Source of the DNA: Haliotis rubra
Taxonomy: Eukaryota
NCBI RefSeq assembly: GCF_003918875.1
Contig: NW_025766968.1
Coordinates: 5,270,001-5,334,000 of the forward strand
Length of the DNA: 64,000 bases
Direction: 5' to 3'
Shown piece by piece: positions 11,477 to 23,700 of this stretch (positions within the stretch are counted from its first letter, which is position 1; every line of letters begins with the position of its first letter). The notes below the pieces were generated by a model. The model worked only from the letters and a program-made list of their open reading frames with translations. It was not told the origin of the DNA and made no database searches. The position numbers and the translations under genes are program-made.

Positions 11477-12182
11477 ACTGTTTTTAAAATGGCAGATGTG
11501 TTACCTTCTGTTGTTAATCCCAAGTGAAGTCTTATTATTAAATAGGTTACTTCAGGTTACACAAGCTGCCAGTACTGGTGAACTCAGTTTGGAGGACGGT
11601 GAGAGACCTGGAATGTACATGTTTTGAATAATATACCCTCAGTGTTGTCATGGTGACAAGAACCATGCTTTGAAACTCCATATTGTCGATCAGTATTGAA
11701 ACAGTGCTACTCCAGCACGTGCTACACACTCGATCTGATCACACATGTGCACACAAATCCAAAGAGGCATTAAATATGTTGATTGATGTGAAAACTGTTT
11801 ATTATATCATGTGGCTTCTTCGCACTGTCCCCGCCATGATATTGCTAAAAGCAGCATAAAACCATACTCACTCTTCGCACTGCGTGTATTTTGATTTCAG
11901 GTTCTGAATATTGTCTGTACACACTAAACAAAAGTGACTATTACAAACGATTGAGAATTAGGATATATAGTTTTCTCTTTGAATCGTGCTTGAAAGGACA
12001 TGATCCTTTCCAGTGCCCCAGTTTATGAAGATGTGTTTGTTATATTAAATCTAGTGTGTTAAGTGATCTTGTAAGTGCACTGAAACCTGTACTGTTTCAG
12101 GATGTACCCATACATAGGCATTATTGTCATAGTAACAATCATTTCTACTTGGTTATAAACACTACTCCAGGACCCAAGTGAC

Positions 12183-12428
12183 CGGGTGAAGATTCGGGTT
12201 AGAATTGATCTTCAGTAACCCATGCTTATCACAAGGGGCAACTAACAGGATCGGTGGTCAGGCTCACTGACTTGGTTGACACATGTCATCGGTTCCCAGT
12301 TGCGTAGAATGCGATGTTCATGCTGTTGACCACTGGATTGTCTGGTTCAGACTCGATTATTTACAGGCCGCCACCATACAGCTGGAATATTGCTGAGGGC
12401 AGTGTTAAACAACATCCAAACCAAAACC
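12183..12428 (+). mobile_element. SINE family B copy
   Basis: Full-length match to the family. Confidence 0.8.
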
Positions 12429-12886
12429 AGGACCCAATACATGTCGCTGAAACCAGTGTCAGTGTAATTTGCACTACTTTCTCCATTACCAGTGAATATG
12501 TACAGTTGCTGCAAAGTTGTGACTTTTTTGGTCAGATGATGACGATTTGTTTATCTGATGGAGGTAAGAAGATCAAGACTCTATGCATATAACTCTGGCA
12601 TATTTCCCCATTCTGCATGAACAAGACCACAGCTTGATTCTTTAAAGGAGCAGCTGCACCACCTGGTGTTTGTGTATTCACTATGACTATGTATTGACTA
12701 TGGTGGGAGGGAGGTATCAATCCACAGGGTGTTAAGTGGTATAATCCCTCAGAGGCTAATGTCTGAACATCTGGGTGCCATTGAAGAAAGCAAGCAAGCA
12801 AGCAAGCAAGCAAGCTTAGCACTAAGACTGTTGTAAATCTTTGTTTATGTATGGGAGTTACAATCACCTTAGTGCTAAGATCCCTT

Positions 12887-13592
12887 TGAGTGAGTGAGTG
12901 AGGGAGTTTTTGTTTTACACCGCTTTTAGCAATATTCCAGCAATATCACGATGGGGGACACCAGAAATGGGCTTCACACATTGTACCCATGTTGGGAATC
13001 GATCACAGGTCTTTGGCGTGACAAGCAAACGCTTAACCACTAGGCTACCCCACCACCCAAGAACCCTTTGAACAACGGCACCCTGGTTTACGGAGAATTC
13101 CAGACTTCTAAGTTTGAGATTGAACTGTAATGTGGTGTTTCTTCTCTAATATATTTTCTTATTTTGAAGGGGCGGTGGGGTAGCCTAGTGGTGAAAGCGT
13201 TGGCTTGTCACGCCGAAGACCCGGGTTCGATTCCCCACATGGGCACATTGTGTGAAGCCCATTTCTGGTGTCCCCTGCCGTGATATTGCTGGAATATTGC
13301 TAAAAGTGGCGTAAAACCATACTCACTCACTCACTCTTATTTTGAAATAAGCTGCAATGGAAACAATCGTGAAAGATCGCTTTCAGAATCTGCAGTAAAA
13401 ATGATGTATCAAGTAAACACATCTTGTAAATGAACCGGGCCGGCATGGTAGCCTAGTGTTTGCTCGTCACGCCGAAGAACCGGGTTTCATTCCCCACATG
13501 GGTACAATGTGTACAGCCCATTTCTGGTGTCCCCCATCATGATATTGCTAGAATATTGCTGAAAGTGGAGTAAAACTAAACTCACTCACTCA
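12887..13592. mobile_element. Cluster of three SINE family A copies (12887-13055 -, 13168-13337 +, 13436-13592 +)
   Basis: ggggcggtggggtagcctagtgg...gggttcgattcccc...(actc)n. The middle copy has TSD tcttattttgaa. Confidence 0.88.
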
Positions 13593-14916
13593 CACAACTG
13601 AACCACTATTTGACATGTATTAAAAAAACTGGTTGTTTAAAGTGCTATTTTCTTATTTACTATTTTTATGTGGTTATTTGTTTTGCTTATGAAGCGGTCA
13701 TTTATTTATTCTACCTTGCTGTAAAGTGTACATTTTAACTGTGATGAATTTTGTACAGGTTTCCTTATTTTTGTACACTACTTCAACTTGTTGGTCAGTA
13801 GATATTGGTAGAGACATTCTCCAAATACTTGCCCTACCTTGCACACCTAACAATAAATGGAACTTAATTTTGCAGTTGCTTTTCAAATAAGGGAATGAAA
13901 TTCAAAGCAGGTAGATATGTTATGTGGCATCTCTTACAGTTAACAGCATTAAACTTATGGTTGAGGCTTTTACCTTCAGAGACAAGAATTTCAGGATTGA
14001 GTTTCTTTTTGATCCATGCATTGATAGACTTTGTATCCACTGAAGGCGTAACAGGAATAGCCTACATCAGAAAATCCACCCAACCACATTTCAATAAACA
14101 AAAACTAAAGCACTAGTTTATTTGCATTCATCAGGGATAATAGGTATATGCACCAGGTGAAAAAACCACCACCACCAAACTTAAATTTAATGTTTTGGAA
14201 ATATAAATTACATTTGACATTGCTCATTTCGATATGAGTCTTAAGAGTATCAGATAAGGGCAATGTTAACATGCCAAAATATACATGTATCCAGATTATA
14301 CTGTATGGAACATGTCAATATACTACTCAACTTTTGACAGGGATCATCAGATGTGTCATTCCATTTGAAAATACCCTACATAATATACAAATTGGTTTTG
14401 TGTATCATAGAGAAAATATGTCCTTATCAAAAGTGGAGTGGTATATATTCCTCAGATCATGCTACAGTGTTGCATGTGAGCTATGTGCCAAGTATATCAC
14501 CTGGATATTTCATGGTGATAATTCATTGAATAATGAATGCATCACTTTACTGAGAATACTTTGGAATGAATGAGGCCATTTGTATTTACCACTAGGACCA
14601 TGGAATTGTTCAGATGGGATAATAAAAAAATGGAATGGACACCAAAGCAGCTGAGTGTCTATCTTGGCACCTTGGTCAAAAGTTTATTGTATGTATATTC
14701 AGTGGAAGCCAAATAATATTTTTCACCCATAATTTTAAGTTTTCCCGAATAAAAAAGGTTGGCATTGAGATATGCAGAATCTTAAATGGGATCAGAGCCT
14801 TGTATTGGTTAATTTAAATGAATGGTGTTTCCCTCTGTATGGCAAACCTGTGAAATAAACGTTCCAGATTGGATGCTGTTCATTCTCATTTGCTTGCATA
14901 CACTTCTCACAAGAAG

Positions 14917-15265
14917 TGGGGCGGTGGGGTAGCCTAATGGTTAAAGCGTTGGCTCGTCACGGCAAAGACCTGGGTTCGAATCCCCACATCGGCACAATGT
15001 GTGAAGCTCATTTCTGGTGTCCCCCGCCGTGATGTTGCTGGAATATTGCTAAAAGCGGCGTAAAACCAAACTCACTCAGTCAGTCTCACAAGAAGTATAT
15101 TTTAACAGTTTTTTTTTTTCATATGGCCTTTTGAAATGTTGGGGCGGTGAGGTAGCCTTGTGGTTAAAACGTTTGCTCGTCACGCCGAAGACCTGGATTT
15201 CTTTCCCCACATGGGTAAAATTTGTGGAATATTGCTAAAAGTGGCGTAAAGCCAAACTCACTCAC
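14917..15265 (+). mobile_element. Two SINE family A copies (14917-15085, 15140-15265)
   Basis: Consensus match. The first copy has TSD tctcacaagaagt. Confidence 0.85.
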
Positions 15266-17797
15266 CTTGTGAATTGCCATATCAGACAAACTATAGTCAT
15301 ATCAAACAGCTGTGGGTTCTTTAAACTTCTTTTGAGTAATAAAAGTAAATGATTTTATTGATAGCAGAATACAACTCATGTGATGGAACCATTTATTCTT
15401 CATAAAAATAGACTTCATCTACCATGCAACATTCTAGAGAAATCATTTACTCCACACAATATTTGCATATCTCTTCCAAGCAGTAAATCTACAGCTATCT
15501 GCATGCAGCTGTATGGGCCATGAAATTAGCACCAAGTAACAACATGTTTCTGTTTTAAAAAATATACATTAAAATAGTATTTGTGTTCAACAGACCAATG
15601 ACACAATGTGATATAAATAACAGGGATGGCAATTTTCTGCTGATCCGCTGATTTCCGCCAATTCTATTTCAAATTGACCATTCTGAACCCAGCATTCGTT
15701 GACACAATATTAAGTTTTCAGCTGAAAATAGATTTTCCTGTTGCCATGCCTGAAATACGGGGAGAATTGTTTCAGATTATAAGGTTATTTATGAGGAACA
15801 ATGTACTGAAATATATGCTTACTCTTTCATCAGGAGATTGAGTTAGAATACATTCTACAATGTTGTATTCCTCATACAGAAGTTGACATCCATAACATTT
15901 CTCACCCCTGACGTTCATACTGTAAAAAATATATAGACACTAACAAAAATAACACTCAAATATATTTTAAGTACACACAAATTGTTTTTGACTCTGTAAC
16001 CCTGATAAGAATAAAAATGACCAACAGAAATTCGCTGATAGGAAAGTTATGACATTGGTGCTGCCCGACTAAGGACTGGAGGCATTCAAACCTTGTCAAC
16101 GGATCCTGGCACGGCAAAGGGATGGAATGGTGCAATCCACATTGCAGTCCTTGAAAAAATGTCCCTTCATTCCCCCAAACAGTTAGCAAGGTACATCCAG
16201 GTACAAGGTGTTACAGCTGACACAAGTTGCCAGGAATGATTAATGTGGTCAATACTTCACTGATTTTGCCAGTATTTTCTAATGTACTGATGAATATGAA
16301 GGACTATGATGTGAGTGGGCATTATAACATTAACATCACACATTTGACTTCTATGGTCAAACACTTAATATAACTGCTCATATGTGTTTGATTATGCTTG
16401 AAACAAATAAGTCATAAAACTGTCTCACCTTATAATTTCGTTTATATTGGGACCATTAGATATAAAGCTGAAAACAACAGAGGGGAGAGAATATACAAAT
16501 AAAAGTAAACAGTTTCAAAAACAATACTTGAGATGATACAAGTAGAAATGTAATGAAATGAAATGACATTTTCAAATGGCAGTGATGTTTACAATCTGGC
16601 CAGAAAAGCAAAAGCCGAGCCAATGGGAGAATACAAATCCTTTAAATCTGGATAAAAGGGTCAAAGAACATACATATGTTAATAATTATTACATGCTAAA
16701 TGACATATATCACATTGTCATCTGTAAAATTTATCACAAACAAATCTGCAGGCACATAAAGAGACACCTTTGCTAGCATCACCCTTGGAAAGTTTCAGGT
16801 TAAAAGCATCATCTACTTCAGAGGGAGTTTCCAGAGATGCACAGTTAAAGAAGAATGCAACTTATGTATGACCGACATGACTTACCATTAGGTAACATGA
16901 AATAATAGTTCTAGTCAGCTTAAAATATACGTCACCTACAGGAGTAATGGATCATCATGTAAGATCTACTTAAAAAAATATAAGTATCAAAATATTCTGC
17001 CTCAGAAAATTCTCTAGGCGTCAATAAATGAGATTTTATCACAGACCAAAAGAGCCAGTTTTTCCATTTGACATTATTTTTCAGCACTGATACAACTTGA
17101 CTAAGACAACAAACTCTCGAACTAAGTCTTAGTTTGTTTGTTGTTATTAAAAGTTTGTCTTTGAAACAAAGATGTTTGATACAGTTCTGTACAGATCCTT
17201 AATGTAAATAACTTTTAGGAATGGTTTCACAAGTGTTTTTTTTACCACACAAAACCGTGAAAGGTAAAATTTGTAATTGAAATTAAATAATTTAACAAAA
17301 TTATACATGTACATAACAAAGTGTCTCAGTCAGCAAATACTCGTTAAAACTTCAACTTGAGAGGTGAGAACTTCATTTTTAAAAACTGCTACCATCACGT
17401 CATTATGTTAATTTCACTGTTATAACTTGTACAATTCAATCTTAGTTTTGGTAAACAATTATCAAAACTGAAACATGAATCAAATTGAATCATCTAAGTT
17501 GATTGTCAGATGCATCACTCATACAAAACCTTCTAATGGATATGCCTAAGATATGATTTAGAATAAGGCAATTTTCAAGTTTAAAAAGGCAATACTTTCT
17601 AAAAAATATTTTCAGTGAGAGCTACACATCGAGAGAGAAATTCTCATTACAATATATTAAAACACTTTCTACACACTTCATAAATATGGTCCCTTTGGCA
17701 AAGTATATTATGCTAAATCATCATAAAAATATATAAACACAGTAATGAGATTAAGACTAAATACTACCAAATATTCTTTTGGGCATAAAATATATAA

Positions 17798-20700
17798 TCA
17801 CAGCTCAGTTTTATCGCTGTACTCATCACTGTTAACAAGTTGCAAAGCTTTCTTGATGAGTTCAATAAACTCTGCTACTTTAACTGTAGTGTCTGATTGT
17901 CCGTGATAGGGATCATTTGGGAGTTCTTGAGATAGCTCTGCATGTTCATTGTGCCACTCAAGGTAAGGACCACGGTTCCTGAGAAGGACACCAAATTCCT
18001 TGAAGTTGACATCAGCCCTGAATGGCACCAGCTGGACCGTGACGGCGCCCGGCGAGAGAAACAGACCATTCATGAGCCCGGCCCCATTCATGCCCACAAA
18101 CACAGAGTACTCCTGTACCTTCTCAACCTGTAGTAAAGAGACACATCAGGCTTATCCTTTTATTTTACAGGTTTAACCTAAATCAGTGATTTTTGTGTTG
18201 TTTTTTGTCACAGATCACTATGAAATTCATGTTCTTGAATCAGATGCATCCAGATATTTTAGAAAAACAAAGCAATATATTTTAATAAAAACAGACACTT
18301 CATTTAAAAATTTGTTATCCCTACTTAAAAAAAGTCAAAATAAAACAAATTAAGGCAACTATTTGGAAACCACTTCCTCAAGAATGCAGCTGCCCTCTTC
18401 TCCTACCAGTACTAATGTTATCTCCCTTAGCACATGTTATGAAAACACTTGTGACATTACACTCCAGACTCCCCACAATGCCACAATTTATCAGCTGTTA
18501 CAGGTCATTGGCGCCCTCCCTCTGCAAGCCGTCTGCGTTCTGCTATTTATTTTGTTGACAGTTACATAGACAGATTCTTTACTACAAATGCATAAAATCG
18601 GTGATTTACAATGTGATTAGGTTGTCTGACAAAACATCCACTTGCAGAGTTTGAGATCGATTGGGTGATTGGATGAAGAGATATTTACAAAAAAACGGGT
18701 CCACATGCATTTCATGCCAAACAAGAAGACAAAGTCATCAATATCCCCCACAATGGCAAAATACTCGTCATGATTATGTCTACGAGTTATGATTATGTCA
18801 AATATTTAGGTGTGTATATAGAAAGTGGAAGGAGAGTATTGAAAGGTTTTTAAAGTTCTGCTCCAGAAAGGAGCACTATCACCAATTTCTGTCTATGTCA
18901 AACTTGTTGCCATGGAAATGCAAAAAATATTTTATTCAGAAATCCAAAACTACCAAAAGGCACCAGTACACCACCAGATCTATCTATGTGCCAAGTTTGA
19001 TGAAGAAATATTGAATGGTTTTAGAGCTCAGCTCCGGAAAAGAGCACAACCACCAATTTCAGGCTGTCAAACTTGTTGCCATGGAAACGCCAAAAATATT
19101 TTATTCAGGATTCCAAAACTACCAAAAGTCACCAGTACACCACCAGACCAATCTATGTGCCAAGTTTGGTGAAGAAATAGTGAATGGTTTTAGAGTTCAG
19201 CTCCGGAAAAGAGCACAACCACCAATTTCAGGCTAAGTCAAACTTGTTGCCATGGAAACGCCAAAAATATTTTATTCAGGATTCCAAAACTACCAAAAGG
19301 CACCAGTACACCACCAGATCTATCTATGTGCCAAGTTTGGTGAAGAAATAGTGAACGGTTTTAGAGTTCTGCTCGGAAAAGTGACAAATGTGTCAGGCAC
19401 AGTCAAACTTGTTGCCATGGACGCAAAGAGTCCATTTTAATACCCCATCTATGTGCCAAACTTGTTGCCATGGAGACGCTACAGAGTCCATTTTAATACC
19501 CCCGCAAGCGTTTTGCGCCATAAAAGCAAGATCATGTGGTGATCCAGTGATCAGCAAGCTAAGAACCTTGAGGCTGGCAATGTGCAGTTTTAGGCCCTAG
19601 ACATGATGGCACGTTATTTCCTGCACAGGGGCGGTGGGGGAGCCTAGTGGTTAAAGCGTTGGCTCGTCACGCCGAAGACCTGGGTTTGATTCCCCACATG
19701 GGTACAATGTGTGAAGCTTTAACTTAGCCAAGAATGAAAAGACTCAAAAACATATACTAAGCAGCAAAAGAAACGTCAGTTTGGAATTTTCCGTCACAGA
19801 AACGGATAACTGTAAACTCATTTAATGTTTTGATTGTATACTTTTTACAACATCTCCAACTTTACCTGAGCAAAGACATTCCTTCCCAAACTCAGAATGG
19901 AACCCAGGAAATGGTCTCAAAAACCTGAGACCTGATCTCGGAGATGGTACAGTGTTCTGCATGTTTTTCATGCAACTCATGCTGCATGTGCTGTTCACAA
20001 GGACCAGCCCTATAAAATGCACCCCCAAACCTGGTTGAAACATTCACATTACAACGTCAGCAGGATTCCGCAACTCATGACAGCTCAGAGGAACCAGGCG
20101 CTAGGAAGACTTGAAGCTGGCCACACTGCTCTTCCAATCACTTCCAGGTCAACGTTCGGACCATCTACAGGCTGCAGCAACATTTCCGGGCCACCAACAC
20201 CACAAATGATCACCCCTGTACTGGCAGACCAAGGGTGACCACAAGACGTCAAGACCGCCATGTTATGCAACAGCATGTACAGAATCGCTTCATGCAGGCA
20301 TCCGAAACAGGACGCCAGACAGTGGGAACACACGGAAGACCGATCAGTACTGATACAGTACGCTGACATCTTAACAGCGGGAACCTCCATTGCCGTAGAC
20401 CTTACCGTGGACCTATCCTCACCCCTCGTCATCGGCGTGAACATCTACAGTTTGCCCTACAACACCAAAACTGGAGATACAGGCAATGGAGAACTGTTCT
20501 GTTCACAGATGAGAGTCGGTACTGCGTTATCAACTGCAGATGGCAGAACAAGAATATGGCGACGACGTGGCCAGCGTTACTGAGACCAATGTGTTATGGA
20601 AAGAGACTCATGGGGAGGTGCAAGCATCATGGTATGGGGTGGAATAGGCCTGAACCAGAGAGTGGGTCCTGTGGTGTTCCACAACCTTAGTCCAGGCAGA

Positions 20701-23700
20701 GGAGGCGGGCATCACAGCAGTGCACATCGACCAGGCTCTCAGACCCCACGTCATACCACATTTCGCACGTCACTGGAACATTTTCCAGCATGATAACGCC
20801 CGGGCCCATGCTGCCAGAGCTACACGGAACTTCCTACAGCAGAACGGTGTCAACATTATGCAGTGGCCAGCCCTTAGTCCTGATTTAAACCCAATTGAAC
20901 ATCTTTGGGATGAAATTCAGAGGAGACTGAATAATGTCATACCAAGGCCAAACACAGACGATTTATTGCGCCAGGACTTTCTCAGAGTGTGCTTCCAGGT
21001 GCCAATGGCCTCCATCAATCGATTGGTGCACTCCATGCTTAGACGCTGTGCTGCAATTATTGCCGCTCATGGTGGTCACACTTGATACTGACGTCAAGAG
21101 TCTGAATGGACTGCAAACATTCACGCAATGTCTTGAAATTGTGCTGTTATTCATTGATGTGTCAAGATATTGTACACAAAAAATGTTTTTGATCTGCTTA
21201 TTATGTCCATTTCTGTAATGATTTGATTACAGTGCCTGTCTAATTTTGAATTCGTACTGACGGTTTTTTTGCTGCTGAGTAATGTAATTTTCTGAGTAAA
21301 ATTGATATTTTATACTTATCCTGACTCATGTATTATTGCTTGTCTCCTTCCTTTCGCGAACGTTAGTGGAACACTTGTATCTCCTTTTTGAAGCTCCCTT
21401 TCAAAAGAGCAGACGTAAAATCACTACTCACCATGAGTTATGTCCCTCTGGTTTTGGCGGGAAAACAGCGCCACCTGTCTTCCCACGCTTCACTCTCTCC
21501 GATTTGCTAGTCCGACACTTTAATTTCCAGGGAAATCCAAAGTGCCTAGCGGGGAGGTTGGGAGGGCTTACCTCATGAGTCAGGATAAGTATAAAATATC
21601 AATTTTACTCAGAAAATTACATATTTTTCCTTATCCTGACTCATGTATTATTGCTTGTAGAATCCGTCGGATCTGGTGGTGGGACAAGCCACTTCTGGAT
21701 TCCAATTAGTGATTTACGTCCTGCATACCCCCCTATGGGAACTTCCTGGTAGCTCTTCTATTTACTGCTAGGCTCTGCTGCTGCTGTAACCCTTTACTTC
21801 CAGCTTTCTCTGATGGGGGGACCACAATTGTTAACTTTTGGTCCTTGTCTTCTGTTAACATTATTATGTGGATTTGCAACTCCATCTCTTGATGCAAGCA
21901 TCAGTGGAGAAGCGACCCTTTTTATGTACGAGTAAGTCCTTACAAGTACTGGGTCTTATCACTTATACTAGTCTGTCTTAGACGTGCATATGGACTTTAA
22001 AGCTGTACTCTCCTGAGTGTAGGCTTTTGCAAGTCATGTGATAAAAGGGCGAGACTCCGTCTCAGCGCCTTTGTGGAACTGTCAATTGTTGTGCTACAAC
22101 AAGTGGGCCGAAATGGTGAATGCCAGAGACGTCCTCGGTGGCGATGTCTCTCAGGTAGTGGTTGGCAAACACCATGTCCGATTTCCAGAAGCAGGCCTCC
22201 ATTATCGTCGTGATAGAGCAATTCCCATGTAGAGCGAGTGTTGACGCCAGAGCTCTAATTTCATGTGGATTGGAGGCTCTTGGAGGATCAAGTCCTGCTG
22301 CTTTGTAGGCCCGTAGTATGACAGTTCTCATCCATATTGATATCGTAGTGCAAGAGATCTCCGTCTGTGTCGCTGTCGATATAGGGATGAAAAGACGCTT
22401 GAATTTTCATCTCCTGGTTCTAGACCTTTGTAGGTAGACTTTCAATGCTCTTACTGGGCATAAGGATAGGTCCTGTGTATCCTGTGGCCCAAGGACTGAT
22501 GATAGTGCCGGGATGTGGAATTGTCTGTCCGGTTGACCTGGCAGTTGATTCTTTGCTATAAAGTCCCATCTCAGTCCCATATGCACGATGTTTCGATTTT
22601 CGTCAAATCGTGTCCTCTCAAAGTCTAGAGCATGTATTTCCGACATCCTTGCTGCTGTTGCTAAGGCGATGAGGAATAGAGTTTTCTGCGTCAAGAACTC
22701 AAAAGATGTCCTATCTAATGGTTCGTAAGCGTCACTGGTGAGATGCCGTAGCATTATGTTGAGGTCCCACGCGGAGCTTTAAATCTCTGTTGTTGGTCCT
22801 CCAGTTTATAAGAGCGTAGTAAGGCCAGTAACTCTGGTACCTTAGTCAGTTTTACACTCGTCCTCATAGTAATAACTGAGCTCAATGCCGCTAGGTATGT
22901 TAAGAGTGTTGACCCTTTCAACCGCTTCGTTTGTCTTAGGTGACAAAGATAGTCCGCCACTTGAGGGTGTGTCTGCTTTTATGGCTGTGAAGCCTGTTTT
23001 CAAGGCGTAGGTCTCGAAGCTTCGCCACTTGTCGTCGTACAAGTTGCGTGTTGACTTGCGTAAAGCTAGCGTGACTGCTTTCGCTGCTCTGGCGGAATAT
23101 CCTCTCTTATTCAAGCACGCCTTGATACGCTCCACGCGTGTAGCCGGAACACCTGTGGGTTGCCGTGTGCTTGCTTTGTGTGTGGATGTACTAGCAAGTT
23201 CGGTCCACTCTGGTAGTTGCAGTTGAGGTGGTCCTAGTTCTTGTATGAGAATGGGGAACCATATTCTCGCTGGCCAGTAAGACGCGACCAAAATCAGTTG
23301 CAGGTTCTTCGTCTGTATGATTTTCTGCAACACTTTCGGTATTAGAGCTGGTGGTGGAAACGTGTAAGCATTTAGTCCTTCCCAGGAGATGCTTAGAGCA
23401 TCTGTTGCCCATGCTCGTGGATCTGGTATTGGAGAGACGAATGTTACCAGTTGATTGTTGAATCTTGTGGCAAATAGGTCTATTAGTGGAGCTCCTATCT
23501 CTTGTATGATCTGTTTGAAGATCTCTGGATGTAGCATCCATTCTGTTGGGGATGGTTGAGTTGGTTGAGATAGTGCGTCTGCTATCACATTCTTGGCTCC
23601 TGGGATGTGGCATGCTTTTATGTGGATGTTCAGATTGTCTATTATGCTGAACAGTTGAAAGCAGAGGTTCAGAAGGTTCGCCGACCTTGTTGATCCTTGT

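Noticed and set aside
13168-13240. tRNA-Asp genes
   Set aside because: These are SINE heads with a shared body, tail and TSDs, and they lack a proper acceptor stem.
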